64,000 nt of DNA, taken from assembly GCA_964199315.1 (NCBI GenBank), contig OZ116707.1, positions 1,364,001 to 1,428,000 of the forward strand, in the 5' to 3' direction. Both the position numbers and the translations under genes were made by a program. This stretch comes from Orbicella franksi (lineage: Eukaryota). The notes beneath the pieces are model-generated. The model ran no database searches and had not been told where the DNA came from. It worked only from the letters and a program-made list of their open reading frames with translations. Of the stretch, positions 23,119 to 31,668 are shown one piece after another; within the stretch, counting starts at the first letter, position 1, and the number at the start of each line of letters is the position of its first letter.

Positions 23119-23684
23119 TGGAAAAAGTCAGTTTGAACAATGTGCAGTTGGACGTGTTGGCCAGGAGTCAACCCAGTTTGAAACCCTATTTTTACGGCAC
23201 GGTGCCTTGCGATCGTTTACCCGAGAAACCCCACAAGAAAGGACCCGTGGGTTACATCGTCAACACGGACCCTCAGGGCCAACCGGGTTGGCATTGGATT
23301 GCGCTATGGACGTGTCAGGACGCTTGCGAGATCATGGACAGTTATGGCCTGCTCTTGGATACCTACCTGACCACGGAACCTTTACAGAGGTGGTTGGATC
23401 AACATTGGAAGTTCAACGTCCACAACGGCAAGAGTCTGCAATCGCTGTACAGTCAGAGTTGCGGCGATTACGCATTGATGTTTTTGATCGATCGATCCAA
23501 AGGACATGACATGAACACGTTTCTACGTTGTTTCAGTCCACACGATTATGTACAAAATGATCATAAAGTGGGACAAATGTTAAAAAAATTGATACACAAA
23601 GAGCTGAATTGGGAGCAAGTCTGTCGATGTGATTACGAGCAAGACACTTGTACCTCTCGTTGCGGTGTAAGACATTTATTGTAA
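23118..23684 (+). CDS. Adenain-like cysteine protease (capsid maturation), intact
   Basis: YIVNTD...GWHWIAL (His), DSYG (Asp), LQS...SQSCGDY (Gln/Cys); AATAAA overlaps the stop. Confidence 0.92.
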   Translation: MEKVSLNNVQLDVLARSQPSLKPYFYGTVPCDRLPEKPHKKGPVGYIVNTDPQGQPGWHWIALWTCQDACEIMDSYGLLLDTYLTTEPLQRWLDQHWKFNVHNGKSLQSLYSQSCGDYALMFLIDRSKGHDMNTFLRCFSPHDYVQNDHKVGQMLKKLIHKELNWEQVCRCDYEQDTCTSRCGVRHLL

Positions 23685-23855
23685 TAAAAGAGTTTGAAAA
23701 AATGTGAAGTCAAGGTGTCAAGACAAGTGCGTGTTAACTCCCGCGCCCAGGAAAGGGAATCCTGTCTATCCGGACCTCACGCTTTTCCATAAGGTACCCC
23801 AGACGGTTTATATATGAAACGCACTCCTTTTGTCTCATCCATATGGGACTAGACC

Positions 23856-24500
23856 ATGGAACGACATCAAGCATTTCGATTCAACACGCCTTCCAGCATG
23901 ATGGTGGTGGGTCCGTCGGGATCGGGTAAAACGGTGTTCACCACCAAATTATTGGTGGACAATCTCGATCTGTTCGAGACCCCACCCAAACGCATTTATT
24001 ACTGTTACGGTTCCTGGCAAGACGGATTCAAACCCATGAAAGTGTATGGAGTGAAATTCCATCACGGCATTCCTGACTCGGATCTCTTACCCATCTGGTT
24101 TCCCAAGGGTGGCTTACTGGTGATGGATGATCTGATGGAAGGAGGGAACGACAAACGCGTCTTGGATCTCTTCACCAAAGATTCCCACCATCGCAACATC
24201 ACGGTGATCTATTTATCGCAAGACATGTTTCCACCCGGTAAATTTTCCAAGAGCATCTCTAGAAATGCCCATTACATCGTGGGATTCAAAAACCCTCGAG
24301 ATCAACTGGGGATGCAAAATTTGTTGTTACAAGCCTTTCCGTCGTGATGGCAAGATGTGCAAGACACCTTTCGAAAGGTCACCGATCGTCCGTTTGGGTA
24401 TCTCTTGTTGGATTTACATCCCAAAAGCCGCGACGATGAGCGGATTCTCAATCATGTGCTAAAAGAAGAGGGTTGCATGTGAATGCATCAGTTGAAGTGA
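23856..24500 (+). pseudogene. A32/FtsK-like packaging ATPase; TGA at 24345 and 24480
   Basis: Walker A GPSGSGKT, Walker B LLVMDDLM, SHHRNITVIYLSQDMF, ISRNAHY; frame continues past 24347 as *WQDVQDTF...PFGYLLLDLHP. Confidence 0.93.
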
Positions 24501-24754
24501 AGATGCTGCACAGTGAAGTCAAGTGGTTCCCGCGATTCCTAGCTATTTGCGAATCGCAATTGAAATACATGCATGAGCGAAATGTCGAGTGTGAACCCAT
24601 GAGACAAATCTTACAGTGCAGTGGTAAACGCGACGTGCAAGCCGTTTTAAACGCATATAACCAAGAGAATTTCACCGATCACATTCAATATAAACTGCTA
24701 TTGGCCCAAAGACTGGTGGCTCGAGAAAAGAAATACACCGACCTTCTACAATGA
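24473..24754 (+). CDS. Hypothetical protein (likely start ATG 24502)
   Basis: Short ORF coupled to neighbours; ATGA overlap at 24751. Confidence 0.55.
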   Translation: MHVNASVEVKMLHSEVKWFPRFLAICESQLKYMHERNVECEPMRQILQCSGKRDVQAVLNAYNQENFTDHIQYKLLLAQRLVAREKKYTDLLQ

Positions 24755-25486
24755 GTACATCTCCAGCTGGCGTGGGCACCTCGCCCAGTCTCATCGCTCA
24801 AGCCTTGCCTTCCCCTCTTTCACCGCTGGAAGACATCGACTTGGCCTACGCTTACAACGACGACTTTTTGAGTCTACATTCAAAGTTTGAGTCCGGGCGT
24901 GGGTACGTCCACTAGACCACCCTTAAGGAACACACCCCCCGCTGGGGCTGGCACCGCAGGACCAGTGGCTACCAGTACACCACGACGCAGTCCACGCCCC
25001 ACAGGGAGTGTAGCAGGCGTCGGGGCGAGTCCTCCCCCAGCCCGAGCGGGTCCTTCGGGTCTGGACACGCGTCGAGACGTACCCGGTCGAGCTCCTACAC
25101 CGCCAGGACGAGGGTATCTGGCTCGTACATCCACCGTGGGATTCAAGAGACCAGCTACCAGGGGTGGTAAGCAACCCAGACGGGGTCGAGGTGGGAAGCA
25201 ACCCAGACGGGGTCGAGGTAGAGGTGGTAGAGCCGGTGCAGGAGGCGGTGGTGGTGGAGACGATGACGATGACGATGATGATGATGAAAGCAGTGCCGTT
25301 TCCACCCCCAGATCACGCATGGATCAAGACAGTTTACAACATCAATTGCAAATGTTGAACGATCAACAACAAACCGCTCGAGGACGACGTATCGCCGGTA
25401 TCACCACCACCAACACCATCACGACCACCTACAAAGACGGAGGAAGACCCCAAGTGACTCGCAATTCGAGCAGTGTTTCGAACTGA
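24751..25486 (+). pseudogene. Disordered Arg/Gly-rich and poly-Asp protein with histone H3-tail-like motifs; probable frameshift near 24886
   Basis: ATG at 24751 (MSTSPAGVGTSP...) is one nucleotide out of frame with 24887-25486; 27-bp tandem repeat 25163-25216 encodes GGKQPRRGR twice. Confidence 0.7.
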
Positions 25487-25492
25487 ATAGTC

Positions 25493-26026
25493 ATGACCAT
25501 CGATGTGAGTTTACTCAACGGGGCTTACAGAAACAGTGTGGAAGAGGAATCCTTGTCGCGATTGGATGGATTGTACAAATATTATCATCGACAATGGTGG
25601 TGTCAGAAACAAATGTTTTACCATTTCAAAACGTGGTTCTGTTTTCTCAATGGACTGGCTTTACTCATGATGGCCTTGAGCATGATCATTGGCGTGCTTT
25701 GGGAACAACATGTCGTCATGGCCATCTTGACTGCTTTAGGCACCTTGGTCAAGGGTTGGAATGATTTCAGGAATTTTTCCATGAAGATGGACATGAGTCG
25801 TTTCACGTTCACCACGCATGAAAAGACCTTGATCGAATTGAGAACCTACGTGTGCGGCTTTCCCTTGGACGAGTTCGAAAGCTTCCTCATCAAATTGCAA
25901 ACCATGGACGATACCATCACGGATCTGACCCAACCCATCAAGGACGTGTACATCAAACGGTACGACCTGAAATTTCGTTACATTCCTTACCAAAAAGAGC
26001 ATAAACTAGACGACCAAAGTCCATGA
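25493..26026 (+). CDS. Two-transmembrane-helix protein (177 aa)
   Basis: FCFLNGLALLMMALSMIIGVLW and VVMAILTALGTLV hydrophobic hairpin flanked by charged helices. Confidence 0.75.
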   Translation: MTIDVSLLNGAYRNSVEEESLSRLDGLYKYYHRQWWCQKQMFYHFKTWFCFLNGLALLMMALSMIIGVLWEQHVVMAILTALGTLVKGWNDFRNFSMKMDMSRFTFTTHEKTLIELRTYVCGFPLDEFESFLIKLQTMDDTITDLTQPIKDVYIKRYDLKFRYIPYQKEHKLDDQSP

Positions 26027-26033
26027 GGGTTCA

Positions 26034-26429
26034 TTGTTCACCATGAAACAGAAGGGAGGTAACCTACCCGTGTCCCTGCTCACCACCGCAGGGCTCGTGC
26101 TCGCGATGAGAAGACGACGTCGAAAGAAGAAACAGAAGGGTGGTGTCCTACCTTTGGCTGCACTCGTGCCGGCCGGCATCGCCCTGGGTAAAGCCGTGGG
26201 TTTGGGGGCGGCTTCCGGAGCAGCCAGTTACGGCGCCAAACGAGCCTTGAAAGCCATCGGAAAGAATAAGCGAAAGAAACGACAAAGTGGAGGGAACGTC
26301 TTTGCCAGTGCGGCCAAAATGGGCTACACCTTGGGAAAATGCAAGGATTACCAACGCATGGGTTTGACAGGAACGGCTCAAAGCACCTATCGCCATCGCA
26401 AACAACCTTGGCTCTATAAAAAGCGATGA
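26034..26429 (+). CDS. Basic putative core/membrane-active protein (likely start ATG 26043)
   Basis: KQKGG twice, RQSGG, RRRRRKKK, amphipathic LAALVPAGIALGKAVGLGAASGAASYGAKRAL. Confidence 0.75.
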   Translation: MFTMKQKGGNLPVSLLTTAGLVLAMRRRRRKKKQKGGVLPLAALVPAGIALGKAVGLGAASGAASYGAKRALKAIGKNKRKKRQSGGNVFASAAKMGYTLGKCKDYQRMGLTGTAQSTYRHRKQPWLYKKR

Positions 26430-26828
26430 GTGAAAAACCTGAAGTCATTCAATACCATGAATGCGGAATTGGAAGCACTCTACCGATCCTTGATCAACAG
26501 CCCTCAGAGACTTCAAGACGAGTACAACAGGAAACACAGTGTACTCAACACCGGTGAGTTACCAGCCACAGTCACAACGCGCAGGAAACGCAAGAGAGCT
26601 CCCGCCATGGCAACCCTTTCAGCGAAAGAAGATAGGAAAAGAAGAATGAAAAAGAGGCATTGGTACGAAGACAAGTTCGGAGATTTGAGCAAATTCGTCA
26701 AGAAACCTCGAAAGAAAGCCAAGAGTCGAGCCAAACCACCTGTCTGTTTCAATCGTAGAACCACCCTCTTGAGTTTATTGAAACGCATCCCAGCCGTCAA
26801 GACACCCTTGGCCAAGATGATGGGATAA
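26430..26828 (+). CDS. Basic hypothetical protein
   Basis: Lys/Arg-rich ORF within the late gene block. Confidence 0.5.
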   Translation: MKNLKSFNTMNAELEALYRSLINSPQRLQDEYNRKHSVLNTGELPATVTTRRKRKRAPAMATLSAKEDRKRRMKKRHWYEDKFGDLSKFVKKPRKKAKSRAKPPVCFNRRTTLLSLLKRIPAVKTPLAKMMG

Positions 26829-26863
26829 AAAAGCTGGGTCTTGACTCCACCCCATTCAAAACG

Positions 26864-27166
26864 ATGGCAAGACGCCGACGTAAGCTCTCCATGCTCTCCC
26901 GGCGCAAGATACGGCAACGAGGTGACGACATCTTCAGAGTAGCTGGCCCTATAGGTGGTATAGCCAAGTTCTTAGACAAGCAGGTTCAAAAGCACTGACC
27001 CAAGTTGGAACGCGCCATTCGGAAAATACCCTTTCAATCTGCCCTCAAACCCGTCAAGAAAAAACGCAAGACCCCGTTCCGTGTTCCAGCGGGTGTCAAA
27101 ATGGTGGAGTCGATTCAGGGCATAAAAGACTTTACCCCTTACTACCGACTCAGAAAGAGGCGATGA
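26864..27166 (+). pseudogene. Basic hypothetical protein of 100 codons with internal TGA at 26996 (absent from the ORF track)
   Basis: MARRRRKLSMLSRRKIRQRGDDIF...QVQKH*PKLERAIRK...YYRLRKRR*; ATGA overlap with 27163. Confidence 0.65.
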
Positions 27167-27486
27167 ATCGATTACGACGACAACGCCCATTCTTGACCAG
27201 TATTCTCCAAGAAGCCAATCGTTTCAAACGTCAAGAGATGTTGGAACGCGCCAACGCCGACCAGATCAACGCGGTCAGTGAAATGGTCTTGAATCTGTTG
27301 AAAAAGAGAATTCCCGTCAGGCCTCAGATGCTTCGCAAACTTCAACGCCATAAGAACGTGTTGCGCAAAGTGGGGAAGCGCAGAAATTCACTGAAGAGGA
27401 GGCGTCAACATCTGTTGGCTCAGACAGGGAGTGGATTCTGGCGAGGTTTGAATGAGTGTTACGAACATGTCGGGTCGAGACGCTGA
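27163..27486 (+). CDS. Conserved small Polinton protein (PW-like)
   Basis: INAVSEMVLNLLKKRIPV...KLQRHKNVLRK...QTGSGF resembles the conserved ~100-aa Polinton protein (pattern recall). Confidence 0.6.
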   Translation: MNRLRRQRPFLTSILQEANRFKRQEMLERANADQINAVSEMVLNLLKKRIPVRPQMLRKLQRHKNVLRKVGKRRNSLKRRRQHLLAQTGSGFWRGLNECYEHVGSRR

Positions 27487-27895
27487 CGGTTACCCCTTGC
27501 AGGGCATCGACGTGGTGCCTGAACGCGTGAGAGAGAACAGAAAACTAGTCGAGATCAAAGACAACATGACCAAGCTCATTGGATTGTTACAAGAAGCCAA
27601 TCACAGAGAAGAACAACTAAAGCTAGTTCAAGAGCGTCAGCATCGAAAATACAGAGCTCTCGAACAGGAATATTTGGCTTTAAAATACGGTAACAGGTGT
27701 GACGATTGCATACGAGTCCAAGACGACGTGGAAGACGTGATCATTCCCTGCCAGACCTGTGCCAAACCCAACGAGACCATCCAGAGTCTGCAATTGAAAT
27801 TGGAAAAAGCTCGTCAAGAAGCAAGTTACTGGCAAGACTGTTTTGAAACCGCGTTGCAGTATGACGGAAGAGGTCATGATGGTGCCGGTCAGTGA
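27452..27895 (+). CDS. Coiled-coil protein with CxxC...CxxC
   Basis: RCDDC...PCQTC between heptad-like segments. Confidence 0.55.
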   Translation: MSVTNMSGRDADGYPLQGIDVVPERVRENRKLVEIKDNMTKLIGLLQEANHREEQLKLVQERQHRKYRALEQEYLALKYGNRCDDCIRVQDDVEDVIIPCQTCAKPNETIQSLQLKLEKARQEASYWQDCFETALQYDGRGHDGAGQ

Positions 27896-28583
27896 ATTCG
27901 AACGTTTGCAAGATTACTACGAAGGACAGATTTCCCAAAGTGCCCTGTTGAACAAAGCAGGACGATTGGCGGCCGAAAAACAATTGATCTTGGGGAACCC
28001 CACCATTCCTGACGGCATGGCCGTCAAGATGGTCAAACCCTTGGCGCGTGAACAGACTTGATTGACCAAACGGATTCGGACAGGAGGTGCCCCACGGGCT
28101 GGTGTAGGTGCCCCTGCGCCGGATGAAGAAGCCCTGGACAGTCCCTTGGAAAACTTGTTGAAACAAGTCATCCAAGGTCAAACACCCGCCAGGATCAAGC
28201 AAGAAGTGTCCACACCCGCGGGTACGTCTGGGATCAAACCCAAACCCCGTCGACTCTTACCCGAAACACCCAAGACCGTGAAAAAGCCTGCCTCCAGTGC
28301 TAAGCCGAGTTGAATACCGCGACCCATATCCAGCGGTAAGAAGCCTAAATCGGGTGGTTTGAAACAAAGCGTGTTGAGCAGAGCCAAGAAAGGCTTTTTA
28401 AGGGGCATTGGTCTGGATCCCCAATCAATTGACGACGACCTCAACGACGAAGAGGGTGGATACAGTCCCAAGAAAGTCACCAAGAAACAAAAGAAGCGTA
28501 AACCCACAGCAGATGAACGCCTGAAGCCTTGGGAAGGGTGGAAAAACCCCAGTCGACGACGTCTCAGCTATGACAAGAACTAG
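27861..28583 (+). pseudogene. Hypothetical protein of about 240 codons split by TGA at 28059 and 28311
   Basis: ORFs 27843-28061, 28062-28313 and 28359-28583 share one frame. Confidence 0.7.
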
Positions 28584-28926
28584 AGCCAACAAGACCAGGA
28601 CTCGCAAAAAGCAACGCGGTTATGGCTTCGACATTCAGAAACTGTTGGGCAAGACGGGCATTGAATTTCATTGGCCGGGCTGTCAGTACATGGGACCGGG
28701 CACCAAACTGAAAAAACGACTGGCCCGAGGAGATCCTGGGATCAATCGTTTGGACCGAATATCCAAACAACACGACATCGATTACAGTCGGGCCAAGAAT
28801 CTGCAGGACAAGTGGAAGGCCGACACCAAGATGATCAAGGCCATTGACAGGTTACCCGGTAGGAAGACCATGACAGAAAGGGTGGTGAAACGAAACATGC
28901 AAGCCAAGAAACGTTTGAAACTGTAA
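28570..28926 (+). CDS. Parvovirus VP1u-type phospholipase A2 (PLA2X-like)
   Basis: Ca-binding loop YMGPG, PGINRLD, catalytic HDIDY. Confidence 0.9.
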   Translation: MTRTRANKTRTRKKQRGYGFDIQKLLGKTGIEFHWPGCQYMGPGTKLKKRLARGDPGINRLDRISKQHDIDYSRAKNLQDKWKADTKMIKAIDRLPGRKTMTERVVKRNMQAKKRLKL

Positions 28927-29018
28927 CTTTATTGAATCATGTTGAATTAAGAGATACATGTGTTTTGACTTATGACTGGGCTTTCTTCTTATCGGCACGA
29001 TTATAAACCATCCTGAAA

Positions 29019-29768
29019 TTATTGTAGATCCCTTTCTCCACGCGCTCGTAAAAATAACTGCGGTTGGGAAGGGCCACTATGTTGGACATACGCTCCTTCC
29101 CAAACAGAAGCAAAGCCTTGACACTCTGGGCACTGGGGGCAGCGGCAGGTCTTGACCACACAAGACTGTCTGACCACTTCCTCATCCTTGACAGCACACT
29201 CCAGCAAGTGATCTAAAAAGTGGTGGAAGGCATCCCTTTTCTGATCCCTCTCCATGCGCAGATTGTAGCGGGAACGCATCTCGGAGAGGTTATTGTAGGT
29301 CAGACCCAGGGACAAGCGAGCAGCCACATCCTCCCACTCACAGAACACGCTTTTCTCCAGAGGCACCCAAAAGGCCAGACCCGTCAAAAAGACGCGATGA
29401 CTGACGTGGCATAGGGCGTTCAACCCGGGTACATTGGCAGCCACGCGTAGCCAATGGATCTCCTTCTGCGTCATAGGAATGCGCGAGACCACCTGATGTT
29501 TCAGGAAACACAGATCGATGAGATCCATGTCCTTCTCAGTGAAGTGATCCTTCTGAACTATGTGATTAAGGGCGCAGGTTTCAATGTGACATTTAGGGCA
29601 CACCAAGTGCGTTCCATTGGGTAGTCTCACTAGACAGGAGTTGTGCACCCCCTCTTTGCAACATTCCAACAGGAAGAGCTTTTCACCGTCTTTCATCTCG
29701 GAACTGGAACACACCACACATTTGATCGAATGATCGACAGGATTAAAGGCAGCCATTTTTTTCTGCAA
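29019..29768 (-). CDS. RING-like zinc finger plus death-domain-like protein (249 aa)
   Basis: CVVC-x14-CC-x3-VHNSC-x11-CPKC; WEDVAARLSLGLTYNNLSEMRSRY...DQKRDAFHHFL. Confidence 0.6.
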   Translation of the reverse strand: MQKKMAAFNPVDHSIKCVVCSSSEMKDGEKLFLLECCKEGVHNSCLVRLPNGTHLVCPKCHIETCALNHIVQKDHFTEKDMDLIDLCFLKHQVVSRIPMTQKEIHWLRVAANVPGLNALCHVSHRVFLTGLAFWVPLEKSVFCEWEDVAARLSLGLTYNNLSEMRSRYNLRMERDQKRDAFHHFLDHLLECAVKDEEVVRQSCVVKTCRCPQCPECQGFASVWEGAYVQHSGPSQPQLFLRARGERDLQ

Positions 29769-29845
29769 AAAACATTTTATTTCACATTATCACCTTTTAC
29801 AAGCGGGACATGTGTCCATTCCCCTCGTGGGAAGACGCCCTACCT

Positions 29846-30259
29846 TCATACAAAAAACTGTGTGCCATCAGGCGTATCAATTCTATAATAAATAAACGAT
29901 TTCACGTGATTACAACGTTGTAAGGCCTGATCCAAATTAAATGCCAAAAAGGCCCTTTTCCGTTGACCCCCTATATCCACATACTTCCCATACCATTTAT
30001 CATCATAATGTTCATTCACACCAGGTTCGCATACAATCAACATAGGCACAGCCACAACAGATCCTTTCTCCCACTTAATTTTCAAGGCGTGAAACTTCTT
30101 AATCTCCTCACACAAATTCTTTCTTTTTTCTTTCTCCACCTCATCCAAATGTTCCTGATTAATCTTCAAATTCAAAATTTTCGAGGCAACGTGCCAGGGT
30201 AATAAATCCCAGTAACTCTCAACGTCTTGACTCAATTTCACTTTAGTCTTCGCATCCAT
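29846..30259 (-). CDS. F-box-like paralog 3
   Basis: SYWDLLPWHVASKIL...QEHLD...RKNLCEEIKKFHALKIKW; paralogous to the next two ORFs. Confidence 0.65.
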   Translation of the reverse strand: MDAKTKVKLSQDVESYWDLLPWHVASKILNLKINQEHLDEVEKEKRKNLCEEIKKFHALKIKWEKGSVVAVPMLIVCEPGVNEHYDDKWYGKYVDIGGQRKRAFLAFNLDQALQRCNHVKSFIYYRIDTPDGTQFFV

Positions 30260-30261
30260 TT

Positions 30262-30636
30262 CTAAGGAAAAAAGAGGGTCAAATTTTGTTTAATTTCATG
30301 TAAGTACACTTGTTGCAAACAATTACCTACCAACACCGATCGACCGTTATAATAGAGAAGCACTTTTTCATGATAGATGACGTCAAATGTGACACGCCCA
30401 TCCTTCCAATTCATTCCGTTACAAATATGACAGCGAAAAGGTTGACATCGCACGTGACCTAGGTCCCATTCACGTTTGACGCGATGATAGATTCGAATCA
30501 TTTCACACAACTCTTTTTGTCGGTCCGACACCATGTCCAATCGTTCCTGTCGCAGCCTTAAATCGAGAATGTACGATTGAATTTCGGGTGGTAGACAATC
30601 CCAATGGCTTGTCATTCTAGAACAAAAACAAAACAT
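30262..30636 (-). CDS. F-box-like paralog 2 (likely start ATG 30615)
   Basis: SHWDCLPPEIQSYILDLRLRQERLD...KELCEMIRIYHRVKREW.LGHVRC. Confidence 0.7.
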   Translation of the reverse strand: MFCFCSRMTSHWDCLPPEIQSYILDLRLRQERLDMVSDRQKELCEMIRIYHRVKREWDLGHVRCQPFRCHICNGMNWKDGRVTFDVIYHEKVLLYYNGRSVLVGNCLQQVYLHEIKQNLTLFFP

Positions 30637-30985
30637 CCTCTCTCAACATATCGCACTTGGCAACCGTCACGTTACTTGCCGCTTGTTTCAAAGAGTAACC
30701 TAACATCACCCTACGATTGCGATAATGACCATACACTCTCGCACGAAAAGCCATACATAAACGACAATGGTGAGGCTCACACCTCAAATGTCCTATACTC
30801 CATTTCTCTTTCAAATAATGGTATAATCTCATTTCTTCGCATAATCTCTTTCGTGGTGCCGTCAAGACATCCAATCGTTCCTGTTTATATTTTAAGTCCA
30901 CAATGTAACATTGGATTTCAACCGGAAGACGATCCCAATGACTGATCATAGCTAAAAAACAAACGTTTATAACCTTTAAAAGCAC
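30617..30985 (-). CDS. F-box-like paralog 1 (likely start ATG 30949)
   Basis: SHWDRLPVEIQCYIVDLKYKQERLD...KRLCEEMRLYHYLKEKW.IGHLRC. Confidence 0.7.
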   Translation of the reverse strand: MLLKVINVCFLAMISHWDRLPVEIQCYIVDLKYKQERLDVLTAPRKRLCEEMRLYHYLKEKWSIGHLRCEPHHCRLCMAFRARVYGHYRNRRVMLGYSLKQAASNVTVAKCDMLREDVLFLF

Positions 30986-31214
30986 GGTTCACATTCATTC
31001 GCAACTCTTTGAAATGCATCTCCCTCAAAAAGCCCAACTGCTCTTCCGCGAACAAACAGTCAATGTCCCGCAGCACCGCATCAATAAAAACTGACAGATT
31101 CCGCAAGTCATTGTATAATAAACTCGCGCCATTTTCTTTCTCACGCTCCTTCCACTCATTCACCCACTGCGTCAAAGTAGTCATCTTTCGATTGCATTGA
31201 TTCAAGGTATCCAT
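30918..31214 (-). CDS. Hypothetical helical protein (98 aa)
   Basis: First ATG ORF of the minus-strand accessory block. Confidence 0.55.
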   Translation of the reverse strand: MDTLNQCNRKMTTLTQWVNEWKEREKENGASLLYNDLRNLSVFIDAVLRDIDCLFAEEQLGFLREMHFKELRMNVNRAFKGYKRLFFSYDQSLGSSSG

Positions 31215-31501
31215 TGTTAACTCACCTCCACTATTTCTTTAAATGGCAAACTTCAATCACAACAATACCAATCACAGTCAGCGCAAATAGGTCCACCTCC
31301 AAAGAAATCTTCACCAACGGTAAACTCACTTCAAGCTTCATCAGTCGAGTCACCACCGTCAAGGCGCACCATTTTTATACAGGTCGAATCGAGACACGTG
31401 ATGTGACGTCACCAGAGGGGGGATGGGGGTATCCCCCACTCCTACGTCATTAAAAAAGGTGGGAACCACCACCCTATAAAACGTAGATCCCTCCCACTCA
31501 T

Positions 31502-31573
31502 GCTTCGATGGTCTAGTGGTTAAGACGTTGCGTTGTGGCCGCGAAGACTCAGGTTCGATTCCTGGTCGGGTCA
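31502..31573 (+). tRNA. tRNA-His(GTG)-like gene inside the Polinton
   Basis: Acceptor GCTTCGA/TCGGGTC (one mismatch, two G:U), D stem GTCT/AGAC, anticodon stem TTGCG/CGCGA with loop TTGTGGC, T arm TCAGG-TTCGATT-CCTGG, A73; A and B boxes; T7 run 31577-31583. Confidence 0.88.
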
Positions 31574-31668
31574 ACATTTTTTTCACGTGTTGAAAAAGTA
31601 CTTTTTTCCCATTGGTTGACTCACACGCTTAAAACCAATGAGACTTTGCTCATCCCCTCAGTCTCACC

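Noticed and set aside
24880-25320. Pro/Ser-rich antisense ORF
   Set aside because: Mirror of the low-complexity plus-strand gene.
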